Source: Anolis carolinensis
Lineage: Eukaryota
Assembly: GCF_035594765.1 (NCBI RefSeq)
Contig: NC_085845.1
Span: 167,354,897 to 167,418,896 of the forward strand
Length of the DNA: 64,000 nt
Direction: 5' to 3'
Below the pieces are notes generated by a model, which did no database searches, was not told the DNA's origin, and worked only from the letters and a program-made list of their open reading frames with translations. Shown in pieces: positions 25,793 to 38,200 of the stretch; positions within the stretch are counted from its first letter, which is position 1, and every line of letters starts with the position of its first letter. Position numbers and translations under genes: made by a program.

Positions 25793-26123
25793 GGAGCCCC
25801 AGTGGCACAGTGTGTTAAAGCGCTGAACTGCTGAACTTGCAGATTGAAAGGTTGCAGGTTCAAATCCCGGGAGCGGAGTGAGCGCCCGCTGTTAGCTCCA
25901 GCTTCTGCCAACCTAGCAATTCAAAAACATGCAAATGTGAGTAGATAAATAGGTACCTCTCCGGCGGGAAGGTAACGGTGCTCCATGCAGTCATGCCGGC
26001 CACATGACCTTGGAGGTGTCTATGGACAACGCCGGCTCTTCGGCTTAGAAATGGAGATGAGCACCAACCTCCAGAGTTGAACACGGCTGGACTTAACATC
26101 AGGGGAAACCTTTACCTTTACCT
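25793..26123 (+). mobile_element. Sauria SINE, full length
   Basis: GGAGCCCCAGTGGCACAGTG head, B-box GGTTCAAATCC, AACCTTTACCTTTACC tail, TSD TTCCTATCA. Confidence 0.88.
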
Positions 26124-26647
26124 TTCCTATCAAGCAAGTGCACAAATGCCACATATTTTCCTATGAGGGCCAAGTGCCAAGTCCTCTAAACCCATTATCT
26201 CACAGCTATTACAACAGGAAGACTACTGAATATACTCTTGTATAGATCTAGAGGTTTTAGCCAAAAAATAGATCCCCAAAACCTGAACTGACTTATCTAC
26301 AGGTCAGTGTGAGTACTGTACCTTAACCTTTAACAAGTAAGGAACCATCCCCTTCTCTGAGTACGGTTAGAAAAGATGAAAGCTTACTCCATACCAGAAA
26401 AACTTAAAAGAAATTGCTTCTCTTTTCCCTTTGGGGGGAAGCACCAAAGAGCCTCCACTACCATTTCCCCTGCCAGGCATTTGATAAGAACAGAAGCAAT
26501 ACCATGACATAAAAAGTGGGTTGGTGTGTCTTTTAGGTTCTCCTGGGATGGATTCTCACCTTTCGTGGCTTGAGTTAGAGAAGGGTGTTGTTTCTTTTTT
26601 GGCAAGAATTAATAACATACCTTAACTTTTTTTTTAAGGAACCATTC

Positions 26648-27255
26648 TCTGGGTTATTGTATGTTTTCCAGACTGTATGGCCATGTTCCAGAAGTATTCT
26701 CTCCTGACGTTTCGCTCACATCCATGGCAGGCATCCTCAGAGGTTGTGAGGTATATGGAGAAATGAAGCAAGGAAGGTTTATATATCTGTGGAAGGTCCT
26801 GGGTGGGGGAAAGAACTCTTGTCTGTTGGAGGCCAATGTAAATGTTGTAATTAATCACCTGGATTAGCATTAAATGGCCTTCCCAGCTTCACATCCTGGC
26901 CTGGGGGGATCTTTTGTTCAGAGTCGTTAGCTGCCCCTGATTGATTCATGTCTGGAATTCTTCTGGTTTCAGAGTGTTGCTTTTTATTTACTGTTCTGAT
27001 TTTGGAGTTTTTTAAATACTGGTAGCCAGATTTTGTTCATTTTCATGGTTTCCTCCTTTCTGTTGAAATTGTCCACATGCTAATGGATTTCAATGGCTTC
27101 TCTGTGTAGTCTGACATGGTGGTTGTGAGAGTGGTCTAGCATTACTGTGTTCTCAAATAATATACTCTGTCCAGGTTAGTTCATCACATGCTCTGCTATG
27201 GCTGATTTCTCTGGTTGAGTTAGTTGCAGTGCCTTTCATGTTCTCTGACTCGTGT
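26648..27255 (-). mobile_element. Penelope-like element 3' fragment with GIY-YIG endonuclease remnant
   Basis: Minus strand reads HERHC..TQPEKSAIAEH...LHREAIEIH..VDNFNRKEE, followed by the pLTR. Confidence 0.85.
26703..26743 (-). ncRNA. Minimal type I hammerhead ribozyme motif (Penelope-associated)
   Basis: Minus strand CCTCTGAGGATGCCTGCCATGGATGTGAGCGAAACGTCAGG. Confidence 0.55.
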
Positions 27256-28217
27256 CAATAGATAACTTTTCCTTATGTATATGGTAAGGAATGGACAGAT
27301 GGTTCTGTTACTAAGGGCTCAAACAATTCATCTTCCTTTGAGGAGATGTGTGCTGTTACACTGCTGGATAGCCTGAAATGATTGACTAAGCAAACTCCTC
27401 CAAAGTAACCAAAGACTAAAGCAGCCAAAAAAGGCAGCTTACAGTGTCATGTTATTATTAAGGCATTGCACTCCAATGTTAACATTAGAGCATTTCCCAG
27501 AAAATGAGAGGAAATTTTTAAAGACACATAATGTTTCCTTGGCTATGCATTTATTTCAAAGTCCAAAGAGCAGAAGGGGAAAAACACTTTGCCATTATAT
27601 GACATGCACAATGTTTCAGAAAAAGTCACTCCCAAAAATTTAGTGGGGAGAGAAGATAAAGGGATTTAAGCCAGCCTGTTCAACAAATAACATTGGAAAG
27701 ATAGAAACTATTCCAAAACAACGAAATAAGTAAAAATCAACCAGTCATGGGGAAAGGGTGGCTAGTTTCTACATTATAGTGAGTCACTCTGTTCTCCAGC
27801 TCTTGGTCCAGTTCAGGGCCCACTTTTTTCTCACTAATGGAATCCTTTGTGCATGGATTATCATGGTCCTGGGCAGGCCCCTGACTCGCAATAAGAACAG
27901 TGACAGGCCATATGTTTCCAAGCAGAGCTGGCATATTACATACTCCTGAATACATGAGTGCCCATGTGTTCTACTTGTATTACAGATTACAACAGCTTTC
28001 TGTTTTAAAAGGCTGCAGAGGACAGTCTTCTGTTCCTAGTGCTGTTCAGGCAGAATGTGTTTTAAACAGAAAGAACCAAAAGTTGGCCTCCACATTCAGG
28101 ACTGGATTAGGAAGCGAACAAGTTATATGAGCCACAGCCTTTGTCACTGTAGTGCTGAAATCTATTTTTATTTAAAGGATAATAATTATTTCCAGCATAG
28201 CACTTCTACATATAAAT

Positions 28218-28586
28218 CAGTGGTTCTCAACCTGTGGGCTGTGAGAATGAAAATCCGGTCTGCGAACCTCCTTCCTCTTTATTTATTTATTTTATTTTGG
28301 CTCCTTTTCACAGAGCTGACTATTGCATTGGATAGACCATATCAGCTCTAGGTTATTAAATATGGCTTTCTGTGGGTGAGCATATGACGACTACTGGATG
28401 GCATGTGTTCTATTTCAGAAACTAGAGCAGATGTGGTCTATCCAATACAATTGTCTGAATCAGCACCACAAATAGCCAAACTGAATCTAAAGTTGATCAA
28501 AAACAGATTTGTAAACTCTTTGGATCTAATATTGGAGAGTGGTCCCTGGTCAAGTTGGCCCTGGTCAAAAAAGGTTGGGAACCACT
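28218..28586. mobile_element. Non-autonomous hAT element (longer form); second copy at 34608-34947
   Basis: TIRs CAGTGGTTCTCAACC...GGTTGGGAACCACTG with 8-bp TSDs. Confidence 0.75.
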
Positions 28587-29339
28587 GATACAAATAAACA
28601 TATAATAATGCTATACATATCCATATCATCTTAGTCCTTTTCTCTGAATGATGCATATGTAATCTACGGAGTACCATTCCTTTAACTGGTAACACATTCC
28701 TACAGTCTGAGTTTGGCCTTGTTTGGAAGGGTGAGTATGATGATGTTATTTATAAATATACAGATAGAGCACATGTGGTGGCATATACTAGCCACTGCTA
28801 CAAGGCAAGATAATTGACATGCTGCATCAGATTTCTGGAGAGAGGCCATACATTCCCCTTTCAAAGTGCTTTCAACCTTCCAGTCAAGTCACAGTTCTCT
28901 CTCATTCCTCCCTCCACCATCTCTCTTTCTCCCCATCTCTATGTCTACCACTGCCCTTTCCAAACTCCAAACTGTTTCTTCTAGCAGAACCACCTGCTTC
29001 TTTTGCTCAACATATTCTCTAAACTTTAACTCAGTGGTTCTCAACCTGGGGTCCCCAGATGTTTTTGGCCTTCAACTCCCAGAAATCTTAACAGTTGCTA
29101 AACTGGTTGGGATTTCTAGGAGTTGTAGGCCAAAAACATCTGGGGACCCCAGGTTGAGAACCACTGCTTTAACTGAAATACTAAAGGAATATCTCCATCC
29201 ACCAGGACCTGTTCATGAACCACTCTTAGCTCTTAACTAGTAATCTGCCAGGGGGACAGATTACTAGTTACCTTCTGTAATTTCTGATGGCACATTCTCA
29301 ATCCAGATATCAAAAGATCATTCCCTGGCCCATTCAGGG

Positions 29340-29815
29340 CCAGGCTGTGGCGCAGGCTGGTAAGCGCTGCAATAAATCACTCTGACCATGAGGTCATGAG
29401 TTCGAGGCCTGCCCGTGGTGGGGTGAGCACCCGTCAATTAAAAATAAAATATAGCCCCTGCTCGTTGCTGACCTAGCAACCCGAAAGATAGTTGCATCTA
29501 TCAAGTAGGAAATAAGGTACCACTTATAAAAAGTGGGGAGGCAAGTTTAACTAATTTACAACGTTGGAATGAGGAAGTGAGGAAGTGCCATCAGAGTGGA
29601 TGATGAAGCAGCTGCTCCCGCCCGTGGCCAAAATCGAACATCCCCTCAGGAGAAGGTTAAATTGCCTCTGCGTCTGTCTGTCTCTGTCTCTGTTCGATGT
29701 GTTTATGGGCATTGAATGTTTGCCCTATATGTATGTAATGTGATCTGCCCTGAGACCCCTTCAGGGTGAGAAGGGCGGAATACAAATATTGTAAATAAAT
29801 AAATAAATAAATAAA
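29340..29815 (+). mobile_element. tRNA-headed SINE with L2-type tail and (TAAA)n
   Basis: A-box TGGCGCAGGCTGG, B-box GAGTTCGAGGCC, L2-like 3' stem-loop. Confidence 0.7.
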
Positions 29816-32173
29816 TTCACAAGCTATTAACCATATTTGGTTTGTTTCAGCATAGGATTTTCAAAGTAAAAGGTGTCAGAAGTGGGTTACCATCACCTTC
29901 TTCTGCATAGTACTAGCTCTTTTAAAAACTATGTATAACTATGGTGCCTTTGCTGTTGCCTCTGAATGATCTTTCACCAGTGTCAAAGCCCCTCATTACT
30001 GAAAATTCACCCAGGAACTACCATTCTAAACTATGAAAATCTTCCCTTCAAACAATTCTTTCAAATTCAACTTGAAAGTGATTCTCTTTTTCTAAAGGTC
30101 TGACAATGTGAACAGACATTTTAGCACACACAGCATGACTGAATCTGCAAAGGACTGCAAGAGAACAGTTTAATTTGCTTTGGGAAGTTTGCTTTGCTTT
30201 AGCCTGAAGGCTGCCAGTTGGCCTCCCCTGTCTTGAAATATTGCATCAGATGTTAGATGGCTTTGATTGTCCGGACAAATGAGCTTGCAATGGCCTGGAG
30301 ATGCTGAGTTGATACAAAATCAAAGGAAAAAAATGTTTCAATAATTAAGTATCTGTTACTAATTGTATCTAACTGTTACTACTTTTAGGAGGTGGAAATC
30401 ATATGCAAAATAGTAATATTTTATGTATACAACTTCAGTAATTGCTAAAATTCATCAAATGTCATTATGAACAAATCTGCAAACAGGAATATTGTCACTT
30501 AATTTGGAGTACTGGGCTGGCAACTGCATAGCAGTTTTGCTTGCCACATCAAACAGGGGGTCATTTGATTATTATATCTTAAAGAAGGAACATGGTTTCA
30601 TTTGATTGGAGTGCAAATTTCAAAGACATCTTAGAATTATTTTTCTGTAGACTAGTGGTTATCAACCTGTGGGTCCCCAGATGTTTTGACCTTCAACTCC
30701 CAGAAATCCTAACAGCTGGTAAACTGGCTTTTTTTCTGGGAGTTGTAGTCCAAAAACATCTGGGGACCCACAGGCTGAGAACCACTGCTGTAGACCAATT
30801 CACATGACTGTGTTATTTAAGAAGACATTTCCCCCCTGTGGTTGCAGCATTTTGAACTTTTATGTGCTTCCACTTGAGCCCAGCTTGCATTTGAATATCC
30901 TGAAAAATCTTTTGAGAATTCAATGAACAATTGATGTAGTAATTCTTAAGCCAGACAAGTGAGGAAACATCCAAAAACCTAAAATAATTTGGAAAAAATG
31001 AGCTAGTGTTGGCTGTAAAATTAGCCATGCAGATCAATCCTAAGCCATCATTATACAAGTCCATTGCATGTATTTTTGTAACCATGAATGCAAGAAAGGT
31101 GCATGCTGTTGATAAAATGACAACTAGGTTGCTATGAGTTCTAAGGCAAATTCATGGATCAGTATTGGACTATATGGCTGCCACAGATAAAATAAGCAGC
31201 ATGTCGTCTAAAAATGTAAAGGCAAGGGTGAGGGATGCTGACTACCCAGAGATTAAGGAATTACTCTTCCATCATCTGTGTTAATGACTAGGCTGGCAAA
31301 AGCTGATAGTAAATGGTGTTCAACAATAACTAGAGAGCCAGTTGGAAACATTTTGTGTGTATAACAGCCAGATATTTGACCTAATTGCAAGAGTTTTTCT
31401 CAATAAGATTAGATTTGGGGCGAGTAAAAAATAAGCATCACTCAGCACACATATTTAAACAGTATAGTTAAGATGTGCACATGACAGAGCTTGATAACCC
31501 TTGTTTTCAGGGTTAGTCTATTCTAGAGAAAACTTGGATTCCTTCTAGAAAGGTTTGCAATTGGTTATACACATGTTATTGCAGATCTCTGCATTTCCAA
31601 CATGCTCCACGTGATCATAATTCAGATGGTTTCAAAATTGTTTTCAAAAATCAGCACCTGGTGCTGATATAACCTCTTATTTTTGTACTCGGATGGTAAA
31701 ATTGTTCCACATCAATAGTTGCTTAATCTACGGAGCAGCTGTTTCAGATCTTCACAATGGCCATCTATGCTCCTACAGCTGTAGCATCTGTTGCAGTGCA
31801 GTTAACAAGATGATGGATCCCAGGAGTGAGAGGAAAAAGATTGAACCCATCTGTTATTGTATATCCTTTTAATATCTGACCCTTTCAAGACTCAATTGTT
31901 TGTTTTCTCTCAACACAGTTGAAAATGAGGCTTTCTCCCCTCCTCAGAATGATGTTTGTCACTGAGCTCTTTTCTTTGCTAGGAGTTTGCAAGAGTTCTC
32001 ACTGTCCTTTGGGAATGCCAGAAGATCCTCCGGCCTACGGCAGATGTGCAGATGGCTGCCAGAACCAAATGTCTTTTGACCCAAATAGAAAATTTTGAAC
32101 TGGAAGTAGGACAGAAGAATGGCAAAGTGTCAGGGACTCCCTGGCCTGGGGCCTGCTCTAGTTAGTGATAGCA

Positions 32174-32180
32174 TATATAA
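32174..32180 (+). promoter_or_regulatory. TATA box of the osteocalcin-like gene
   Basis: TATATAA 100 nt upstream of the ATG at 32274, with no intervening ATG. Confidence 0.6.
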
Positions 32181-32273
32181 GTTGCTGTTGAAAGGCAAAC
32201 GCTCCTGAGAAACGTCCATATCTTCAGGACGAATTAGAGAGACACCAAAAGCATTTTCTAAGAACAGGAGAAG

Positions 32274-35200
32274 ATGGAGAACCTTTTGATGGTGCTGTTG
32301 TTTGCCATGGTCCTCCTGACAGCCCCCTGCTGTTGCGAAGCAGGTAAGTCTACTCCAGGTACAGGTAGGAGCAATCTCTGCCAGAGATTGTGAGTAACTA
32401 ATGCATTACCAGTGAAATGTAGTGTTACCTGCAGTGAATTGTTGTTGTTTTTTTTGGATAACAAAGTTGCAGCAAAGTTACACGTCAAAAGTAATATAAC
32501 AAGTGGGGACAAAGAATTCTATCGTTGTAACAAGCAATGATTTCTGGTGTTTAAACTTATGATTTAAAAACATCTGGAGGGTAATTTTGATAGGAATGTT
32601 CCAATTTTAATGTCATTTTTTCTATTGGTTTTCATTCCTTCTTTCAACAAGTGACAAAGACTAGATCTACACTGCCCTATATCCCAGGATCTGATCTCAG
32701 ACTATCAGTTTATCGCAGATTATCTGGCAGTGTCGACTCGGGCTGAATCTACATTGTGTTATTTCCTAGGATCTGATCCCAGATTATCTGTTTTGAACTG
32801 GATTATATGAGTATACACTGCCAGACAATCTGGGATAAGCAGATAAAATGGACTCAAATCCTGAAATATGGGGCAGCGTAGAAGGGGCGTAAGGCTGGAT
32901 CTATACTGCTCTATATCCCAGGATCTGATCCCAGATTATCTGATTATTTCAGGTTATCTGGCAGTGTAGACTCATATAATCCAGTTCAAAGAAGAGAATC
33001 TGGGATCAGATCCTGGAATATAGTGCAGTGTAAATCCAGCCTTCGTGAGAGAACAAAACCTTGTTTTATGAGGGGAGTGGGAAGGTGATTAGCAACTAGC
33101 TTTAAGCTCTTCCTATGCACCAAAGTATGGGATTCTTACCTCAGCCCATCACGTTTTATAGGTTTTATCTTGCCACTGTGGTAATAACATGACCTCCTCA
33201 CACATGGATGCTTTTAGGGGCAGGACAAATAGCATCACCCAGGTCCTATAATCTCTGCATAGCCATGGACAAAGTAGATTTAGTTTGTAGTTTAATGAGC
33301 AGAATCATGTTCATTTAACTCATTGTGAACTAGAATGCATAAAAGTTACTTTATGGAACTACAGTTTCCAAAATCCCATAGGCAGCAAAGAATATTCTGC
33401 TGGAATCCAAAAATAGGACATATAAAATTAATAATAATAATATAATAATATAAAACTTAATTTCTATTTTTTATTTTTTTTAATTATTTTAGAAATTATG
33501 ACAGACATTCATGAAAGTGAAAAACAAGAAGTAAAATAAAATACACACATATAAAAAAAGAAGAAAAATACAGAAAGATTTAAAGATTTGCACTGTAGTG
33601 TACAGCCAGTGCTTGTTAAACTAATGGATATTCACAGAACTTAATTTCTAGACCTCCCTCGCTCCCCAAAGGGACTCAGGGCAGTTAACATACATATAAA
33701 TGGCAAACATTCAATGCCACAATTTCTTCATTAATATCAAAAGTATAAAATGACAGTAACATACAAATTATAATAAAAATTCCACATTAGAAAAAAAACA
33801 ACAACATTTAAACATGACAGTCAGTAAAAACATTATTGCACAGAGCGAGCGTATACCTGGACCAATTTAAGTGACATCATCAACAACAATCTCGGAAACT
33901 TTTTATTCAGGCAAACTTTTAAAGAATAAGGCTTTTAAGATCATGTCATGGTATGCTGTAGTTTTAGCTCTGGATAAGTTTTAATTCATTTTTACGGATT
34001 TTATTTTAATATTTAATTTGATTTTAATGTTTGTATATTTGTGGATTTTAAATTGTATTGAAATGTTTTTAATGTAAGCTGCTTTGAGTCTCCTTGGTGC
34101 AGAGAAAAAGTATAAATAAATATCATCATAACAGAATAATAATTTAAGCCTGGCCACATTGTTGCGGCCAGGAGCCTGAATATGTACACTTAATCGGTGG
34201 TGTCTAACGTGTGGCTCTCCACGTGTTTTGGACTTCAGTTCCCAAAATTCCTGGCCATTGGAAAAGCTGGCTAGAGCTCCTGGGAGTATGAGGCCCAGGC
34301 ATCTGGAAGGTCGCAAGTTTGACACTTCTGCCCTATCTGTTCCAATTTGGCCAGTTCAATTTGGAACAGTTCTGCTTATTCCTCTAGTGTGCCGGGAACA
34401 AGTCCTCTTCTTCAAACAATCTTTGGGTAAGATAGAAACATGTCTTTACTTCCTCATTTTAAATTGAATTATGGGCAAAAATAGAAAATGCTGAATGAGC
34501 AAAAATGCCAACAAGGTTTAGCTAGTCCACTTTCTCTGATTAAATTTGACATTTGTGATAGATTGTTTATCCATTTTAAAAGCATCACTATACTCTTGAG
34601 TTTACGTCAGTGGTTTGCGAACCTCCTTCCTCTTTATTTAATTTATTTAATTTATTTTCTTTTCACTCCTTTCTGCAGACCACATTAGTTCTAGATTATT
34701 AAATGTGGTTTTCTGTGGACGAGCAGATGGCGGCTACTGGATGGCATATATTCTGTATCAGAAACTAGAGCTGATGTGGCAATTTTCTGAATCAGCAATT
34801 TTCTGAACCCCAAACAACCAAACCAAATCTAAAGTTGACCAAAAACTGAATTGTAACCCATTGAAGTGGTCCCTGGTCAAAGTGGTCCCTAATCAAGTGG
34901 GCCCTGGTGAAAGTGGGCCCTGGTCAAAAAAAGGTTGGGAACCACTGGTTTACATTCATGTTCTTGAAGTTCTTTTGGATTTTTTTCAAATAGGAAGAAT
35001 ACTGAAGAAAGCAGTATAGACTGCTGTATGTGGCAGATTGAACTGACTCACAGGGAAACCTGTGTGTGTCAAGAGACACCACAAGAAAGACAAATGTTTT
35101 CCTGGGTTCCTTTTGTCCCCATAGCTTTAGCTTTAAATTCTTCCCTAGAAGTCCATTATCAGCAATCGTTTTGCACCCCTGGCTTTACTGCACCATGTGG

Positions 35201-38200
35201 GGCATGTTCAGGAAACAGTTGAAAAAAGCAAATTAACACCGTGCTCAGGAGGGGAGAGGCATCCTTTGTGGGACAGCAGGTGTATCATGCTATCTTTTCT
35301 ATGTTTTTCAGATACAAACCGGGCCATCGATGAAGGTGAGTAACTGGTAAGAGGGTTCCTCCCCAAAACTTCCAAATTTTTCATTGTCTGGGACATCGTT
35401 TTTTAACTTTTACTTGCAAAGCTCCTAATTAACAACCTAATATACTATACATATATATCTCACTACTTTGTGTCATCATCACATATCCTCCAACTGCACT
35501 GTTTTGGTAAGAACCGTACCTTGAACTCTCTATCATCTTTCAGTTATGGCTTGGCTTTTCTCTTCCAAACTGCCAAGTTTGTTAGAAACCCATTACTTTT
35601 GCCTCTACTGAATCATCCTTGCCTCGCAAGTGGACAGCAATTATGATGAATAATATTGCTATTGAAGTTGATTTTTGGAATTTCCTAGAGTGCCAAATAA
35701 AATGGAGGAATTTTACAAGAAAGCTTGTGATTTCTGGCACTGCTTAAAGTAATTTTTGAAAAACAAACGTGTCTAGGTGTTTTAAGAGACCTGGCAGAAA
35801 TGCAATTTGAGAATCAGTCCCTCAGTGAATAAACCCCCTGTTAGCTGGACACCTGGCCCCTTTCTTCCCAGTTATTCTGGGAAAACTTTCCTGAGCCCCC
35901 ATGTTTGTGTGTTGTAGCAAGAATAACATCTTAAGGGCTAATAGATGTATTGCGGTATATGCTTTCATGGACCAGGGCCCAAATTTGTCAGATTCTATCT
36001 GATGAAGAGATGTCTGAAGGAAAGATGCATCAAGGTAAAGACTTCTCTACTTTTTAAATGAAGTTTGGCAGGAATTGCTAGGATAGGTACAATTTTGCCA
36101 CCCTGTAAGAACTGAAATGGGATTTTTCCTTTCCAAGATTTCTTCAGCATTTTTGTTAGCAAATATTCTCTAGCAGTTTCTCAATTATTCTCTGAATGAT
36201 GGGTGTGTGTAAGTGTTATCCCATAATCCCTGATTTTGACATTTGATATTTAAGAGGGGTCAAGTTGCAACATTTAATAGAGGACACACAGTAGTATGTA
36301 GATTGTGTGATTCCTGGATTAGGATCACTACAGTTATACAGCCAGTGGTGCTTGGCAGCAGAGCTTAGAAGAGTTACTCATTAGGACTGCAACTCCCAGT
36401 TATTCCACTGCCACAGTGCTGCTGATCATGCTGGATGTAGTTCTGGGATCTGTAGTCTAAAAGGAGTAATGTTTCCCAAGCTCTGCTGTATAGCAGCAAG
36501 ATCATAAAAAGCTCCAATATGCTGTAGATCAATGGTTCTCAACCTGTGGGTCCCCAGATGTTTTGGCCTTCAACTCCCAGAAATCCTAACAGCTGGTAAA
36601 CTGGCTGGGAGTTGTAGGCCAAAACACCTGGGGGCCCACAGGTTGAGCACCACTACTGCAGAGGGATATATCTATACTGTAGAATGAATACCGTTTCACA
36701 CCACTTTAACTGCCATAGCGATGGAATCATGGGAATTGAAGGTCTTTAGCCTTCTCTGCCAAATAGTGCTAGTGCCTCAATAAGCTACAACTCATTGGAG
36801 TCAATAGCATTGAACTATGGTGTCAAACTGTATTCATCCTACAGTATAGATCAGGCATGGGTAAACTTTGGCCCTATAGGTGTTTTGGACCTCAACTCCT
36901 ACCGGTTGTTAGGAAACTTGGGAGTTGTAGACCAAAACACCTGGAGAGCTGTAGTTTGTCCATGCCTGGTGTAGATGCACCTGAGGTAGAGTTGTGTTTA
37001 ACATCCTCTTAATCAGTTATTTCATAAATCCACTCACAGCATTTGTGAAAATACCTTATACCTTTTCAACCATTTAGTGCCTGCTCTGTAGGAGTTTTCA
37101 TATTCACATATTAAAACATTTGTGTGTACAACAGGGATCAAGATAAAGCGGGAAGTAGCCAGTGCCTTTGTGAGAAGGCAGAAGCGGTCATATCCATATT
37201 ATGAAAGGTAAGAGTTTAATGAGAATCAGCATAATGACTTGAATGTTGGACTAGTACTCTGGAATCTCTGTTTAGCCACTGAAATCCATTTGGTAACCCT
37301 GGGCAAGATATTCTTTCCCAGCTTAAGATGAAGCCAGTGAAACTGTCTATGAATACATATTTTTAAAAAACCTCTCGGATAGTACCACTATAAGTCAGAG
37401 TTAACCTGAAAAGGTGTAATAACAACAAAAAGTTAAATACGGCTATCTATTGTGACTAATTTGGAAAACAGGAGACTGGGTAGAAAGCTTTACAATGCCA
37501 ACATTTGTATTTACACAATTAAAAGAAAAAGAAACAGGAGACTGCAGAAGTACTGGAATCAAGAAGTCCTGCCCTGGGTTGCTGTGAGTTTTCCAGGGTC
37601 TATGGCCATGTTCCAGAAGCATTCTCTCCTGATGTTTCACCCACATCTATGGCAGGCATGCTCAGAGGTTGTGAGTCCTCATAGATGCCTGCTATAGATG
37701 TGGGCAAAACGTCGGGAGAGAATGGTTTTGGAACATGGCCATATAGCCCGGAAAACTCACAGCAACCCTGTGATTCTGGCCATGAAAACTTTCGACAAGT
37801 CACACCCTCCTTCAAGAACCCACAGATAACACAGATATCTAATTCAAACATTGTGACCCTTACAGGGATGTTTGGGAAATGAGGATATGCTGTGATATTC
37901 GATGCAGTTAATGTAACATTTCAGAAGATAATGACCCTGTTCAGATGTACATTGTCTCTACATAAGGATTAGCAGATGGCAAGGACTGGCTGTAGTAGGC
38001 ATTGCATGCCCCACATATTTGGGGGTGACAGGTGCTGTAAGAACTGTATTAAAAATGAGGGTTGCTTCTTTTCCCTCTCAGCCCTTGCCTAGCTTCCCCT
38101 AGTGATATCACCAGGACCTATCCTTTGAGTTTTGGCTTTGAAATCATAGGGAATGAGGTGGTGCCGATGTGGCAACCCTATCATTGCCAAGTGAAACAAA

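Noticed and set aside
32664-33041. CRISPR-like or miRNA-like array of palindromes
   Set aside because: Eukaryotic DNA, and the units are tandem MITE copies without unique spacers.
35992-36034. Possible extra acidic exon of the osteocalcin-like gene (cag|ATTCTATCTGATGAAGAG...CAAG|gtaaag)
   Set aside because: It is 43 nt, and entered in phase 1 it reads GAT TCT ATC TGA (stop), so it is incompatible with the flanking exons.
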